From Lama glama (Eukaryota), in NCBI GenBank assembly GCA_028534125.1, contig CM052828.1, forward strand, positions 50,158,001 to 50,222,000: a stretch of 64,000 bases of DNA, read 5' to 3'. Position numbers and translations under genes: made by a program. Under the pieces are notes generated by a model. The model saw nothing but the letters and a program-made list of their open reading frames with translations, searched no databases and was not told where the DNA came from. Within the stretch, counting starts at the first letter, position 1. The number at the start of each line of letters is the position of its first letter. Shown here piece after piece: positions 53,721 to 64,000 of this stretch.

Positions 53721-54388
53721 ACTTCCCCCATGTGCCAAGAATACAAAGGAGTTTGGAACAACTATGTAGTTGCAAGAGAGATACCGATAACCAAATACCA
53801 GGTACAGATACTGCAGAGACAGATACCAGGTAACTCCTGGTAAGTACAGTTCATCTACAGTCTATAAGATTTGATGGGCAATATTTTCATTTTTTAAGAT
53901 ATTATTTTAAGGATTAAATATATTTTGCATGATGTGATTATGGCTACTGCTTTCTTTTAGCTGTTATTACCTAATATGTCATTAATGTTCCTTTTTTCTC
54001 TTTCTCTCTCTCAACTTGATGGATCCTTATGGTTTAGTTTAGTCTCTTGCAAACAGCATGTCTGGCTTTTGCTATTCATCCAATATGACAATTTATTTCT
54101 CTTATTTTGAAAAACTAGTCAATATTAACTCATTATAAAAGCTGGTATATTTGGACTTATTTCAACCATTTTATTTTTTATTTATCCTGATTATGTTGTG
54201 CCATTTAAGAGGAAAAGGAAATAAAATTATGTATGTACAATATGGACATATATTTTACACAATCTTTATAAATATAAACATTATTGTGGAAAAGAGACTA
54301 GAAGGAAAGATATTTAAGTATTAATAATGTTTGGTTTTTCTTAAAGAAGTGAAATTATGGGTAGTTTCTTCTAGTTTTTCCCCTGTAT

Positions 54389-54528
54389 TTTCTTCTTTTT
54401 TCTTTTGTTTTTTTGGGGGGTAGGCAATTAGGTTTTTATTTATTTGTTTTAATGGAAGTCCTGGGGACTGAACCCAGGACCTTGTGCATACTAGGTATGT
54501 ACAATACCACTGAACTATTTTTTACCAC
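54389..54528 (-). mobile_element. tRNA-derived SINE (Vic-1-like), diverged
   Basis: aatggaagtcctggggactgaacccaggaccttgtgcatactagg...taccactgaacta. Confidence 0.85.
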
Positions 54529-55509
54529 TCTAGCCTATTTTTTTTTAGAAAATATTTTTAAGTGTTCCATGATGAACAGATACCATTATTAGGATAAAAA
54601 AAAATGGCCAGCAAATTAAAATAAATTTTATTTAAAGAATAAAACAGATGAGGATGATGCTGACCAACCCCGTGCCCACTGGCAATCCTTCCCTTCACCC
54701 TGTCCAAAGAGCACTGGAGACTCCTAGGGTGTGTGTGCCTCCGCTCACCAGTCTCCAGAGTGAGTTTCCCTTTTATGTCTACAAATGGCAGTGTCCTCAC
54801 CTGGCCCTTGACTCCTCAGGGCGTGGGAGGAAAGGGGAGGGTTAAGTGAACACTCAGGGCCTTATCCTGCCATTGAGTCTCCTAGGATATCAGCAGGATG
54901 TGGCCCCGAGGTTTTTCCTCCCCTGGTTTCCCCAAACAGAAAATGCAGCCCTTTGTCTAGACAGTACTTTGATGGATTGTGGATATAACAGTATTAAAAA
55001 TTTCTCTGAACTAGATGAAAAAGTCCTGCAGCCACTTAAAATTTAATTTGTGGAGGTAAATGTTTGTTCACTCTTGCTTCCCAGTCTACATCTACATGCA
55101 ATTTGGCCTCCAATGCCTTATGCAGTGCTTAGCCTGAATTTAATTCTGAAGTACCCTTTATTTTTTGTAAATTCTTGGTACTGTTTGTAATGCCTTCTGA
55201 CGTTGGTGTGTCTTTAGTTAATGGGACTTTTGTCTTTTCATATAGTTTAGTGATTCCCCAACATTTAAAATCTAGGCTACAACGTAAGAATTATAAAATC
55301 TCATTCATTTTTCAAATGAACTAAACACAGGCCTAAGAAGAAGCCAAAGCAAAGGAAGCAACAGCTTCATTGTTTTAGAATGCTGCATAGCTCCACCCAG
55401 GGCTATTTAAAAATCTTATTAAGTTCTGGACAGGACCGGCTACACAGTTTGAAGGCCCAGTGAAAAATGAAAACATGGGGGTGATTTTTCGAAAATTATT
55501 ATGACTCCT

Positions 55510-55640
55510 GGGGGTGAGGAGTATAGCTCAGTGGTAGAGTGCATGCTTGGTGTGCACAAGGTCCTGGGTTCAATCTCCAGTGTCTCCATTAAGGGAAAAG
55601 AAAATATTAAAAAAAAAAAAAGAATTTATAAAAAAATATG
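55510..55640 (+). mobile_element. tRNA-derived SINE (Vic-1-like)
   Basis: gtatagctcagtggtagagtgcatgctt...gtcctgggttcaatc; TSD tattatgact. Confidence 0.92.
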
Positions 55641-55727
55641 TATATTATGACTTCCAAGACGATGACAGCAGATCATCAGACCAATCCCAGGAGGCTTCTA
55701 AACAGTGGGCCCTGCACTAATACACAG

Positions 55728-56202
55728 TGTTGACTGAAATAAATGCGTAGCCTAAAAGTGGAGAGTTATGTTTTATTTGGCTAGAGGACTCGAGCTGGGA
55801 TGACAGCCTCTCAGATCACTCTGAGGAACTGCTCCGAAGAGGTAGAGGAGGAGCTAGAATATATATGAGCTTTACGACAAAGACCAGGTAGTTGGAACAA
55901 TAGAAGATTACTTGTTATCTAAAGAAAACCAGGCATCTTAAGTTAAAGAATTTAAGTGCTTTTCTATGTATAGGAGGAAGCAAACATTTGGGCTCATTGA
56001 ATTCATTCTTTTGACAAGAATCTAGCTATCTACGGCCATTATTTTGTTCTTTCTTATCCTGAGTCCGCTCAGAGTGCACCATTGTGAGTGGCTGCAGAAG
56101 CTGGGCTGCAGGTCTGTCCTCACTGAGGGGTGGCTGCAGCCGCTGACAACTTGGTTTCAGCATTCTTTGTTTACTGATATGGTTGCAGTATTTTCGTTCA
56201 CA
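55728..56202 (-). mobile_element. ERV1 solo LTR, artiodactyl MER41-like (family A)
   Basis: TG...CA ends, perfect 4-bp TSD ACAG, antisense polyA signal (ttttattt) and TATA-like element. Confidence 0.88.
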
Positions 56203-56999
56203 ACAGGTTGCAAGTTCACAAAGCTGGCCTTCACTCTGGACACTTCTAATGTGATCCCACCCCACATTTGATCCCATGTCAAGATGCACTCACATTCTAC
56301 AGAAAATATGTTTTACGTTGGAATCATTTCTGAAAGGATTTTGCTTTGAAATTATGTGGCTACAAGTCATTCATTTATTTTATGATTAGCTCTGCTAGTT
56401 CTAAACCTAGATATCCCTACAAATAGTGTATATGTTTAGAAATCCCTGTGCAGTGAGAAAAATCAGAACTTTCAAATCACTTTCAATAGCAAAACTTTTA
56501 TAAATATTAAAATTTACAATGAATAGGATCATTACTGGGTGTGTTGTATGAATAATTAAATAACTATAAATCTCAGTATTGTAGTTTTTCTTTTGATATT
56601 TTGAAGCTGATAATTGTTTTTTGGACCCAAATATCGGCATAGGTTCCTGAAACACTCGAGACTCTATGTGCTATGACTGGAGCATTCAATGGGGGAAAAG
56701 GTGGTGCTGAGCACCCCCAACCCCCATTCTGACATGTCCCTTTATGGGAGCAGGCCAGCTGTCTCCCCATACCTCACACATACACATGCGCACATATACA
56801 TGCACAAGCACATACACAGAGTAAAGGTCATTGATAAAACACATGAGACTACAAATCTCTGGTACAGAGAATACTTAGGGCCCTGTTTTCTCTTGTTTTG
56901 TTCAGCTAAAATTAGAAGTGAGTGTCTTGCTTTTTGTACCTCCTGAAACAGATTTATCCTTACATCTCATTTGTTAAAATTGGATCGCATGTCTACTGG

Positions 57000-57500
57000 C
57001 AAGGGCCTAGATTCACCTCCTGAGGTTCTTGGATCCACTGACACCAGAACAAAATTGGGGCTAGGCCAGCAGGGAAGAAGGGTAATACCCAGCAGTGTTC
57101 TTTCACTTTCCCACTTGGCCAGATACCTGCCCAACCTCTGTCAACTGGACTTCATCACACAAGATTTTGACCTGAGAACTACTGATGCCAAGAGACAGTC
57201 CTGGGTGGAATCCATTCTGGCTCGGGTAATGCTACAACCACCAGTTTGCAGAGCTGTGGAGGTCATGGTTCTAATAGCAGGGTCGACGGTCCAGAAACAG
57301 TGTGAGAGGTCAGTGGCAGTAGCAAGGGCATCTTCACGAGCCTAGTTGGGTGGTACAATGTTGGACATATTTTTCCTGTGGACAGCCTCCAATCCTACTT
57401 ATCCCCCCTACTGGACATTCTGTGAATTATGCAAGAGCCATAATAACTTGTTTCCTGATTTAGTAAGTTGGATTCCGTTTCTTGTAAGTCTGAGTCTGAT
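57000..57500 (+). mobile_element. Ancient ERVL/MaLR-type LTR remnant
   Basis: 3' end agtaagttggattccgtttcttgtaa resembles ERVL LTR ends; heavily diverged. Confidence 0.4.
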
Positions 57501-59070
57501 TTTCCTTCCCTTTCTGAGGGGCTAAGTCAGATTGCCACATATGAAAAAAACCATCAGAACTCAGACGTGCAAGTGGAGAACTTCATTTCACTGGTTCTAT
57601 TTTACAGCTCAGGAAATCCTCAGTGTGAGCTTAAACTTTCTTGCTTGAATGACCCAAGCTGAGCTCAGAAACTTCAGTTTTGCTTTCCTGGGAGTTCTGA
57701 CTTAAACCCTGCAAAGGAAGGAGTGGCCTTGTAAACTGAGCAAGACAACTCCATTGTGGTCTATCATCTTCCTTTCTCTGTCTCATTGTGGGTGGCCTCA
57801 GGGGACCTCTCAGGAAGGCAGGAGGGGGAGGTTCTATACTAAAAGAGAAAGTCCTACAATGGCCAAAGACAAGCTTTTCCTATTTCATGATAAAGCCGTG
57901 TTCCGTTATCACATTTACCCATTCAGCGAAGAGGGGGTTGAACTGTCCTAACATATGGGTTCCTGGGGACCATCTCAGGAAATGATGAATCTGTGGATTT
58001 GTCAGTGTTTGGATGCTCTTGAGAAACATGTTACAGAATATGCAGACTGAAGATAATGTCCTCAGAACAGGACAGAGGTCTCTACTGGCCACTGGTATTC
58101 CCCTGAGTATTATGGGCAGCAGTCTTGACTTGGCCTCCTCAGATGATCTTGAATGAACTTCATAAGAGTATGAGACAACCATACAAGAAGAAATACCCAT
58201 GTGGAACCACATGAACCTTTAGAAGGCTTGTGGCATCTGAAAGCCTTCAGACATCTGGAGACAATTGTGAGACGGACTATGGTTAAAGGGCAAGGATGCC
58301 CTCATCTGCTACACGAGCAGAGTCATGGGTCTGCACATCCCTCCTGCAACTCCTTCCTGAGCTCGGGCCCTTATCCATGCTGCAGAGACATAGGCTTTCC
58401 ACTGAAGTTACCTTCAGATAGAGCTCAAACCCATCAACTCCATCATCTCTTTCTATCTTGGCTGATCCTGGTGATCATAGCAGAGTGTCTCCTTGTTGCA
58501 GTTCTCCTTCTGTTCCAGAGGGACCATGTGGTAAAGCATAGTTCCAAAAATTGTAGAAGTCACAAGATCACTCCTTGAATAAACTGTTTAGAGTTGCTGT
58601 CAGGCATGGACACCTGGTAAAGATTCATTTGGAACTTTGAGTGACAGAAGTGTCCTCATTCTTCATGTAACTGATTCAGAAGCCTCAACTCAAGAAGAAT
58701 CATACAATACCATTGTGAAATTATAGTCAGGCAAACCATATAAACAGCTCTAATGTATCACTGCACACACTGAGTTAGTTTCCCAATATTGCTATGTTTG
58801 TTCCCTTTGCCAATAGCATGATCGAAATGTTTGGAGCTCCACATTCACGTCTTCCATCTTTTACAACTCTTCTACCTCTGGTTGAATGACACATATTCTC
58901 TAAACTACAGTTTCTCATCTGTAAACTGGGCACTAAAAAGTAGTATCTACTTCACAGAGTTATTGTTTATGTGACAGTGCTTATTACAGTTCCTGAAACA
59001 TAGGAGATATTCAATAAGGGGAAGCTATTATGGCAAGATATTTCATCAGAATATGAAATTGGCTTGTCCC

Positions 59071-59418
59071 TAGCTTTGGTCTGAATGTTTGTGTCCCCGC
59101 TCCACCCCAAATAAATATTTTGAAATACTAACCCCTAAGGTGATGGTGTTATGAGGTAGGGCCTTTGGGAGGTGACTGAGTCCTAAGGGCTCGTGAAGGA
59201 GTCAGTGTCCTTGTAAAAGAAGCTTCAGAGAGCTTACGTGTCCTTCCACCACGTGAGGATACAATGAGGAGTCTGCAACCTGAGAGAGGGCCCTCATCCA
59301 ACCATGCAGGCACCTTCTTCTCAGACTTCCAGCCTCCAGGAACTGTGAGAAATTTCTGTTGTTAATAAGGTACTCATTCTACAGAATTTTGTTGTAGCAG
59401 CCGAAATGAACTAAGACA
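59071..59418 (+). mobile_element. MaLR solo LTR (MLT1A-like)
   Basis: ggtctgaatgtttgtgtcccc...cagacttccagcctccag..actgtgagaaat...gaactaagaca; 5-bp TSD gtccc. Confidence 0.9.
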
Positions 59419-59575
59419 GTCCCTGTACCTTCCCTCTACCAATTCCCCAATCCCCCAAAAAGGAAATAGACAGCTGGGTTGCAATTTCTTGACTACAGAA
59501 TTCTGGCATCAGGGAGAATTGTGTGAGAATCAGAACATACCCCAACTTTCATAACACATTCCAAACTTCTTGGGC

Positions 59576-59772
59576 CATGGTTCTCAACTCGGGGAGATTT
59601 GGCCCCCTAGGGGACATCTGGCAATGCCTGGAGACATTTTATGGTGTCACTAGAGTTGGGAGGGTGCTGCTAGTGTCTAGTGGGCAGAAGCCAAGGATGC
59701 TGTAGAACATTCAACAATGCATGCCTGGGAAAGCCCTCCCAAATGTCAACAGAGCTGAGATAGGGAGACCCA
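59576..59772 (+). mobile_element. MER20 hAT DNA transposon
   Basis: tggttctcaac..gggagatttggcccc..ggggacatctggcaatgcctggagacatttt...ccaaatgtcaacagagctgag. Confidence 0.88.
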
Positions 59773-60713
59773 GATATAGGGCCCAGGGTCTAAGGAGCTT
59801 GATGGGTAGGTGAGGAGAAGAGCTTGAGTAGAGTGTAAAACTGAAGTTGTAATTGAACAGGGCTGAGTCTTATGAACTCAAACTATGTAACATTAGTCAG
59901 ATTTCATTAAAGGAAAGACGACTACAGAGACTAGCTGAGCCAGTTTTTTGGAAGAAAGAAAAAAATCAGAAGTCACTTCATGCATTTACCTCAATAAGTA
60001 GACTTATTGTTGTAGCTATTGATAGTATTTTATTAGTGCTACTGTCTTTTTTAACCTCAATTTTTCTGTAAGAGCTCTGTATAAGCTCCTTGTTGCTTTT
60101 TTTTTTTTCTCCTTTTCTTTTCCCCTCAGCTCTATTCAGTTGCTGCATTTCTATGAGACATAAAAGAAGATACTGGTGGCCATGCTTGAGCCAGAATGTG
60201 ATGGTGGCAGTCACACTCATTAAGGGAACGTGGCCCTTCTCTTCCCATTGTCATCATTGGAAGTTCTGAGTTATAATTTACTGTGACCTACCTAAGGCAA
60301 CAGGCCTCTGTGGAAAAAAGGATTCTCATGGCTGCTGTCTGGGACTGGGACTGCCCAATGGTGGGCCCAAAGCCCCAGGATCAAGTCCCAATTGGAATCT
60401 TCTCAGTTTGTCAAGTGCATCCATTGACCATTCCAATTCAATGAACAGAGTGGGATGACAATGGACTCTTGAAAACAGAGTGTTAATGTTCTGTTTTATC
60501 GTACTTGTTCAGTCTCAAATCTCCCTCAAATATTTTTAAAACAGAAAATCAATAGCTATATTCTTTGAAGCAAGTTTAATTCCTGATATCTAAATACCTT
60601 ATGTTTTTCCCTTTTGGAATTTTTGTTCATAACTAACTCTAATAACATCTTTTTTAAATAGAGAAATTCTTATTTAATCTTTGGACTATTTTCACAGTTT
60701 TGAAGTGTTTTTG

Positions 60714-60808
60714 GTTATATGTGTGTGTGTATTTTTTTTTGATGGATTGAACCCAGGACCTCATGCATGCTACACATGTGCTCTACCACTGAGCTACACC
60801 CATCCTCC
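60714..60808 (-). mobile_element. tRNA-derived SINE (Vic-1-like) with a short internal deletion
   Basis: gattgaacccaggacctcatgcatgct...ctctaccactgagcta; TSD ttgaaRtgttttt. Confidence 0.88.
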
Positions 60809-61449
60809 TTGAAATGTTTTTCCAATGTTAACCTTTCCATGCCACAATCACTTAAGCAAGAAAATAGTTGAATTTTAATTAAAATGTTACATCTGTATCA
60901 CTGTGCCTTGTTTTTTTGCATTGTCTTTAAGAGTACAGCAGGTTGCAATCATTTGGCACTTATGTTAAATTTACAAGGTTCTCTGCTAAACTAAGAGAGC
61001 ACTGATCTAGTAGATAGTCAAAAGGCCTGAGATCTAATCCTGGTATCACCAAGAACATGTCTGGGGCACGTCATCAAATGCATCCAAGCTTCAATTTCTT
61101 CCCTGTAAAATAAGGTCATCATTCCTATTCTGTTCATATGAAGGAAGCTTCATGTGCTGAGCCTTGAAGGATGAGACAACTCCTAACTGTAATGGTAGAG
61201 AAGTGGCATTCTAGGGAGAGAACAACATGTGCAAAAAGGAGATACTGTAAAGGAACACTGAGTGAGTACACATCTAACTGAAATGTAGAGGTTGGGTTTT
61301 TACGGCCATTTTACAAAAATGTCATTTTTTATTTCAAATGACAACCAAAAAAATCTATTACCAAAGGGAGACAATATTTAAATAAAGGTTGCACAAAATC
61401 AGAGGGCAAATGCAACATATGCCATATCAGAAATTTAAGATTAAGTTCA

Positions 61450-61544
61450 GAGGGGTGGATATAGCTCAGTGGTAAAGAGTATGCACAAGTTCCTGGGTTT
61501 AATCCCCAGTACTTCCATTAAAAAAAAAAAAACTTTCTTAGAAA
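61450..61544 (+). mobile_element. tRNA-derived SINE (Vic-1-like) with a short internal deletion
   Basis: atatagctcagtggta...tcctgggtttaatccccagtacttccatt; perfect 13-bp TSD aagattaagttca. Confidence 0.9.
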
Positions 61545-62809
61545 AAGATTAAGTTCAAAGAATCTTTGGACCCTAGAAACCTTAAAGTTCTTTTTTCTAC
61601 TCAGGTTTACCCTGTTTTTAAGTCCCTGAGTCTACATATCCATCCATCCATCCATCCTCCTACCCTACAAATTACTCATTGCATATAGACCATGTGCCAC
61701 AGGAATTTGTGATACATTAGTGAATAAAACAGAGTCCCTGTACTCAAAGGGCTGAAAGGTTTTCCAAACTGTGCTCTGTGACTCTTGTATATCAGAATCA
61801 CCAGATTCCTTGCTCTTTGAAATGTAGGATATTAATGAAAGAGAAATAATGAGAAAGATTAGAAAAGTAGATTGAAATTAGATTTTTAAGGCAGTTGAAT
61901 GATAGACTAAGGTTGTTTACATTGACAGGTCAAGCTCCCTTATTCAAAGCCTCAAAGCACCTATAATGCCAACAGCACCATCTGAATGGTTCTTTGCACA
62001 TGAGTACCCATGTTTGGTCCCAAATGGACTACCATTTTGCCAGACCATGAGGGTGCCTAACTCATCATCCTTTACAAGCTGGCCAGTAACCAATGGGTGG
62101 AGTGACCTAAAGTTCTTCCCCATAAACTCCTTGTGCTAAATGATTACTGGCTGGATTATCAGTTCTCTCTCAGTGGACATATATTAAGTCCTTTAGCAGA
62201 AACATTAAAAACAAAAAGCAGCTGAGTGTCCAAAAAACAGTAGGTCCCTACAGATGTGATGCAACAGGTAAACTGGTGGTTCAAACTGTGCTACCACCTG
62301 AATGATCATCCACTATCCTGATTAACAAGAGGACTGCTTCTGTGTTTAGAGACACTCTTTTTCTTGCTATGTCTCTTGTATCCTAATGATAAACTCCACA
62401 GGGAAGATAACCTGTCCATGTTTTTTGCCTGGCAAACAGAGTTTAATTTTTATTCTTTATTTGATGGTGAAATATACTAGAGACATTCCAAAAGTGGTTG
62501 CAAATACAATGAATTACCACAAGTCAATAGACATCACTTATGAATAATCTCGAAGCCATTTGCCATAATAAATGATTACAGATAATGTAACGGAGAGAAT
62601 TTGGGAGGCAGAGAGGTTTTTCAAGGAAGAAAGCAGACAAACTGACATAGTTGTGATTTATCCTGGTAGTTCAGGCTCCCAAGTCACATGGAGAGCCCTT
62701 GAAAAAGCTAGGGCTTCTTTCACTTAAGACTTTTCAAACATCTCTCAAAGCAATAACATACAAACAGAGAATATGGGGATTCAAACTATGAAATGAGATA
62801 CTCTAGAGA

Positions 62810-63228
62810 ACTGGTTCTCAAAGTGTTCGGTTACAGAACCCCTTCATTCTCTTAAATATTATTGAGAATCCTCATTTCCTTCTTATGGTTAAATCTGTTG
62901 ATATTTATCATATTAGACAGTAACACTAAGAAATGTTTAAAATATTTATTAAGTCACTTAAGAATAACAATGATAAACCTATTCAGATTGGCATGTAAGT
63001 TTTCCATACTTAAAAATCTCTTTAATATCCATTATTATAACAGACAACAGCTGGACTCTCACACTTGTTTTTGTATTCAGTCCATCATTACATGTTGTTT
63101 CTGTTGAAGGAAATGCAGAAAATCTGGCCTCACCCTGATATGTAGCTGGAAAAGGGAGGACCCTGAAGACCTTGTGAAAGGGTCTTGGGTACCCTAGGAG
63201 TCCTCAGAGCATACTTTGAAACTTGCTG
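62810..63228. mobile_element. hAT-Charlie non-autonomous element (MER119-like)
   Basis: Degenerate TIRs tggttctcaaagtg ... catactttgaaacttgctg; AT-rich interior. Confidence 0.65.
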
Positions 63229-64000
63229 CTACAGCCTTAAAAAACAAACTGTAAATACACATAGTGGAGATTCTGATATTAATATTTTGTTCTTTAATAA
63301 GGAAACTGGGGACATTCTCAGGCAGATATGGACCATTGTTCTTGTTGTATCTGGGGTCTGTTGATTGTACTCTGGGGTTCTTGTGCTGATCCCCAGGGTA
63401 TTTACTTCCTTCTTTCAGAATCATTCATATTCATGGCAGAATGATTTCTTGGTTTCTGTGTACACTTGCTCAAGGGTCTTACTGAGAACAGATTTTTACT
63501 CAATGGGATTTTAGGGAGAGTTTGCTTTCATCTAATACTCTGCTAAGAAGCCTGCCTTTCTATTTTATATATCACCAAGGGGTGGACTGGGCAAGCCTCA
63601 TGGTCAAGCAGACTCTTTGCCTCACTGCTCATAGTCTGCTGCCCTTCTGCCCAGTGTCACAATGGAACTGGGTATGAAATACTGTTTAGTTCTCAGGAAG
63701 AGTAATTTCCAAAAACAGGTTTCAGCTTAAGACAAATGCTATCTGTGTCACCCTCTGAACATGTCTTCCACCGGAAGTAGGAAGTATTTTAAGGATTCAC
63801 AGTTTAACCACACCATGCCCTCTGCTGGGTGGGTGTGGATTCAAGACAGTGAATAAAACTAAAGCATTGCCCACTGGCATAAGGATGACGTGTCATATTT
63901 GGTAGTGCTTTTTAAATTTGTGGTAACAACCATGTCTTCTTGTGGGAAATGACATACATAGTGAAAGAGGCAGCCAGGACCATGAGACCAGTTATTCTGT

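Larger units (their letters stand above)
55431..56232 (-). mobile_element. MER45A-like hAT-Tip100 element split by two later insertions
   Basis: caggaccggctac...ggcccagtgaaaaatgaaaa [SINE] ttccaagacgatgacagcaga...gggccctg..cacag [LTR] gttgca...aagctggccttc; degenerate 8-bp TSD gttctgga/actctgga. Confidence 0.82.

Noticed and set aside
46689-56202. Interferon-gamma (GAS/STAT1) enhancer role for the MER41-like LTRs
   Set aside because: A manual scan found no TTCnnnGAA in either copy.
57750-58700. Overlapping ORFs that looked like a processed pseudogene or ERVL pol remnant
   Set aside because: Manual translation of several frames gave no convincing protein match, and I saw no polyA tail or TSD. 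BLASTx would settle it.
59984-60000. atttacctcaataagta resembling the ABCC4 exon 3 donor end
   Set aside because: Similarity stops after about 12 nt; the adjacent sequence does not encode the exon 3 peptide.
1-64000. CRISPR array, operon or prokaryotic defence system
   Set aside because: No regularly spaced direct repeats and no dense coding structure; the sequence is mammalian intron-rich DNA.

Overview
This window is mammalian genomic DNA, most likely camelid: it carries 12 copies of a tRNA-derived SINE resembling camelid Vic-1. It is not prokaryotic, and almost all ORFs in the six-frame track are spurious. The only protein-coding content I can support is five minus-strand exons of ABCC4 (MRP4), equivalent to human exons 4-8 (23248-23472, 4656-4745, 3460-3623, 2975-3100, 1603-1852). 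All have GT-AG boundaries and splice into one open frame (aa 103-387, human numbering, first transmembrane domain). Exons 1-3 are not visible. Two placeholder gaps of exactly 500 N (28736-29235, 48749-49248) probably hide them. The rest is intron or upstream DNA full of SINEs, L1, L2 and CR1 fragments, MaLR and ERV1 solo LTRs, and hAT/Tigger DNA-transposon remnants, several of them nested. I found no convincing previously undescribed biological system. The best leads are the missing 5' exons, a dense solo-LTR cluster with an inverted LTR pair near the presumed 5' end, Lys at substrate-pocket position 375, and a few candidate enhancer motif clusters. Repeat family names and human comparisons come from recalled consensus sequences and need confirmation with RepeatMasker or BLAST.
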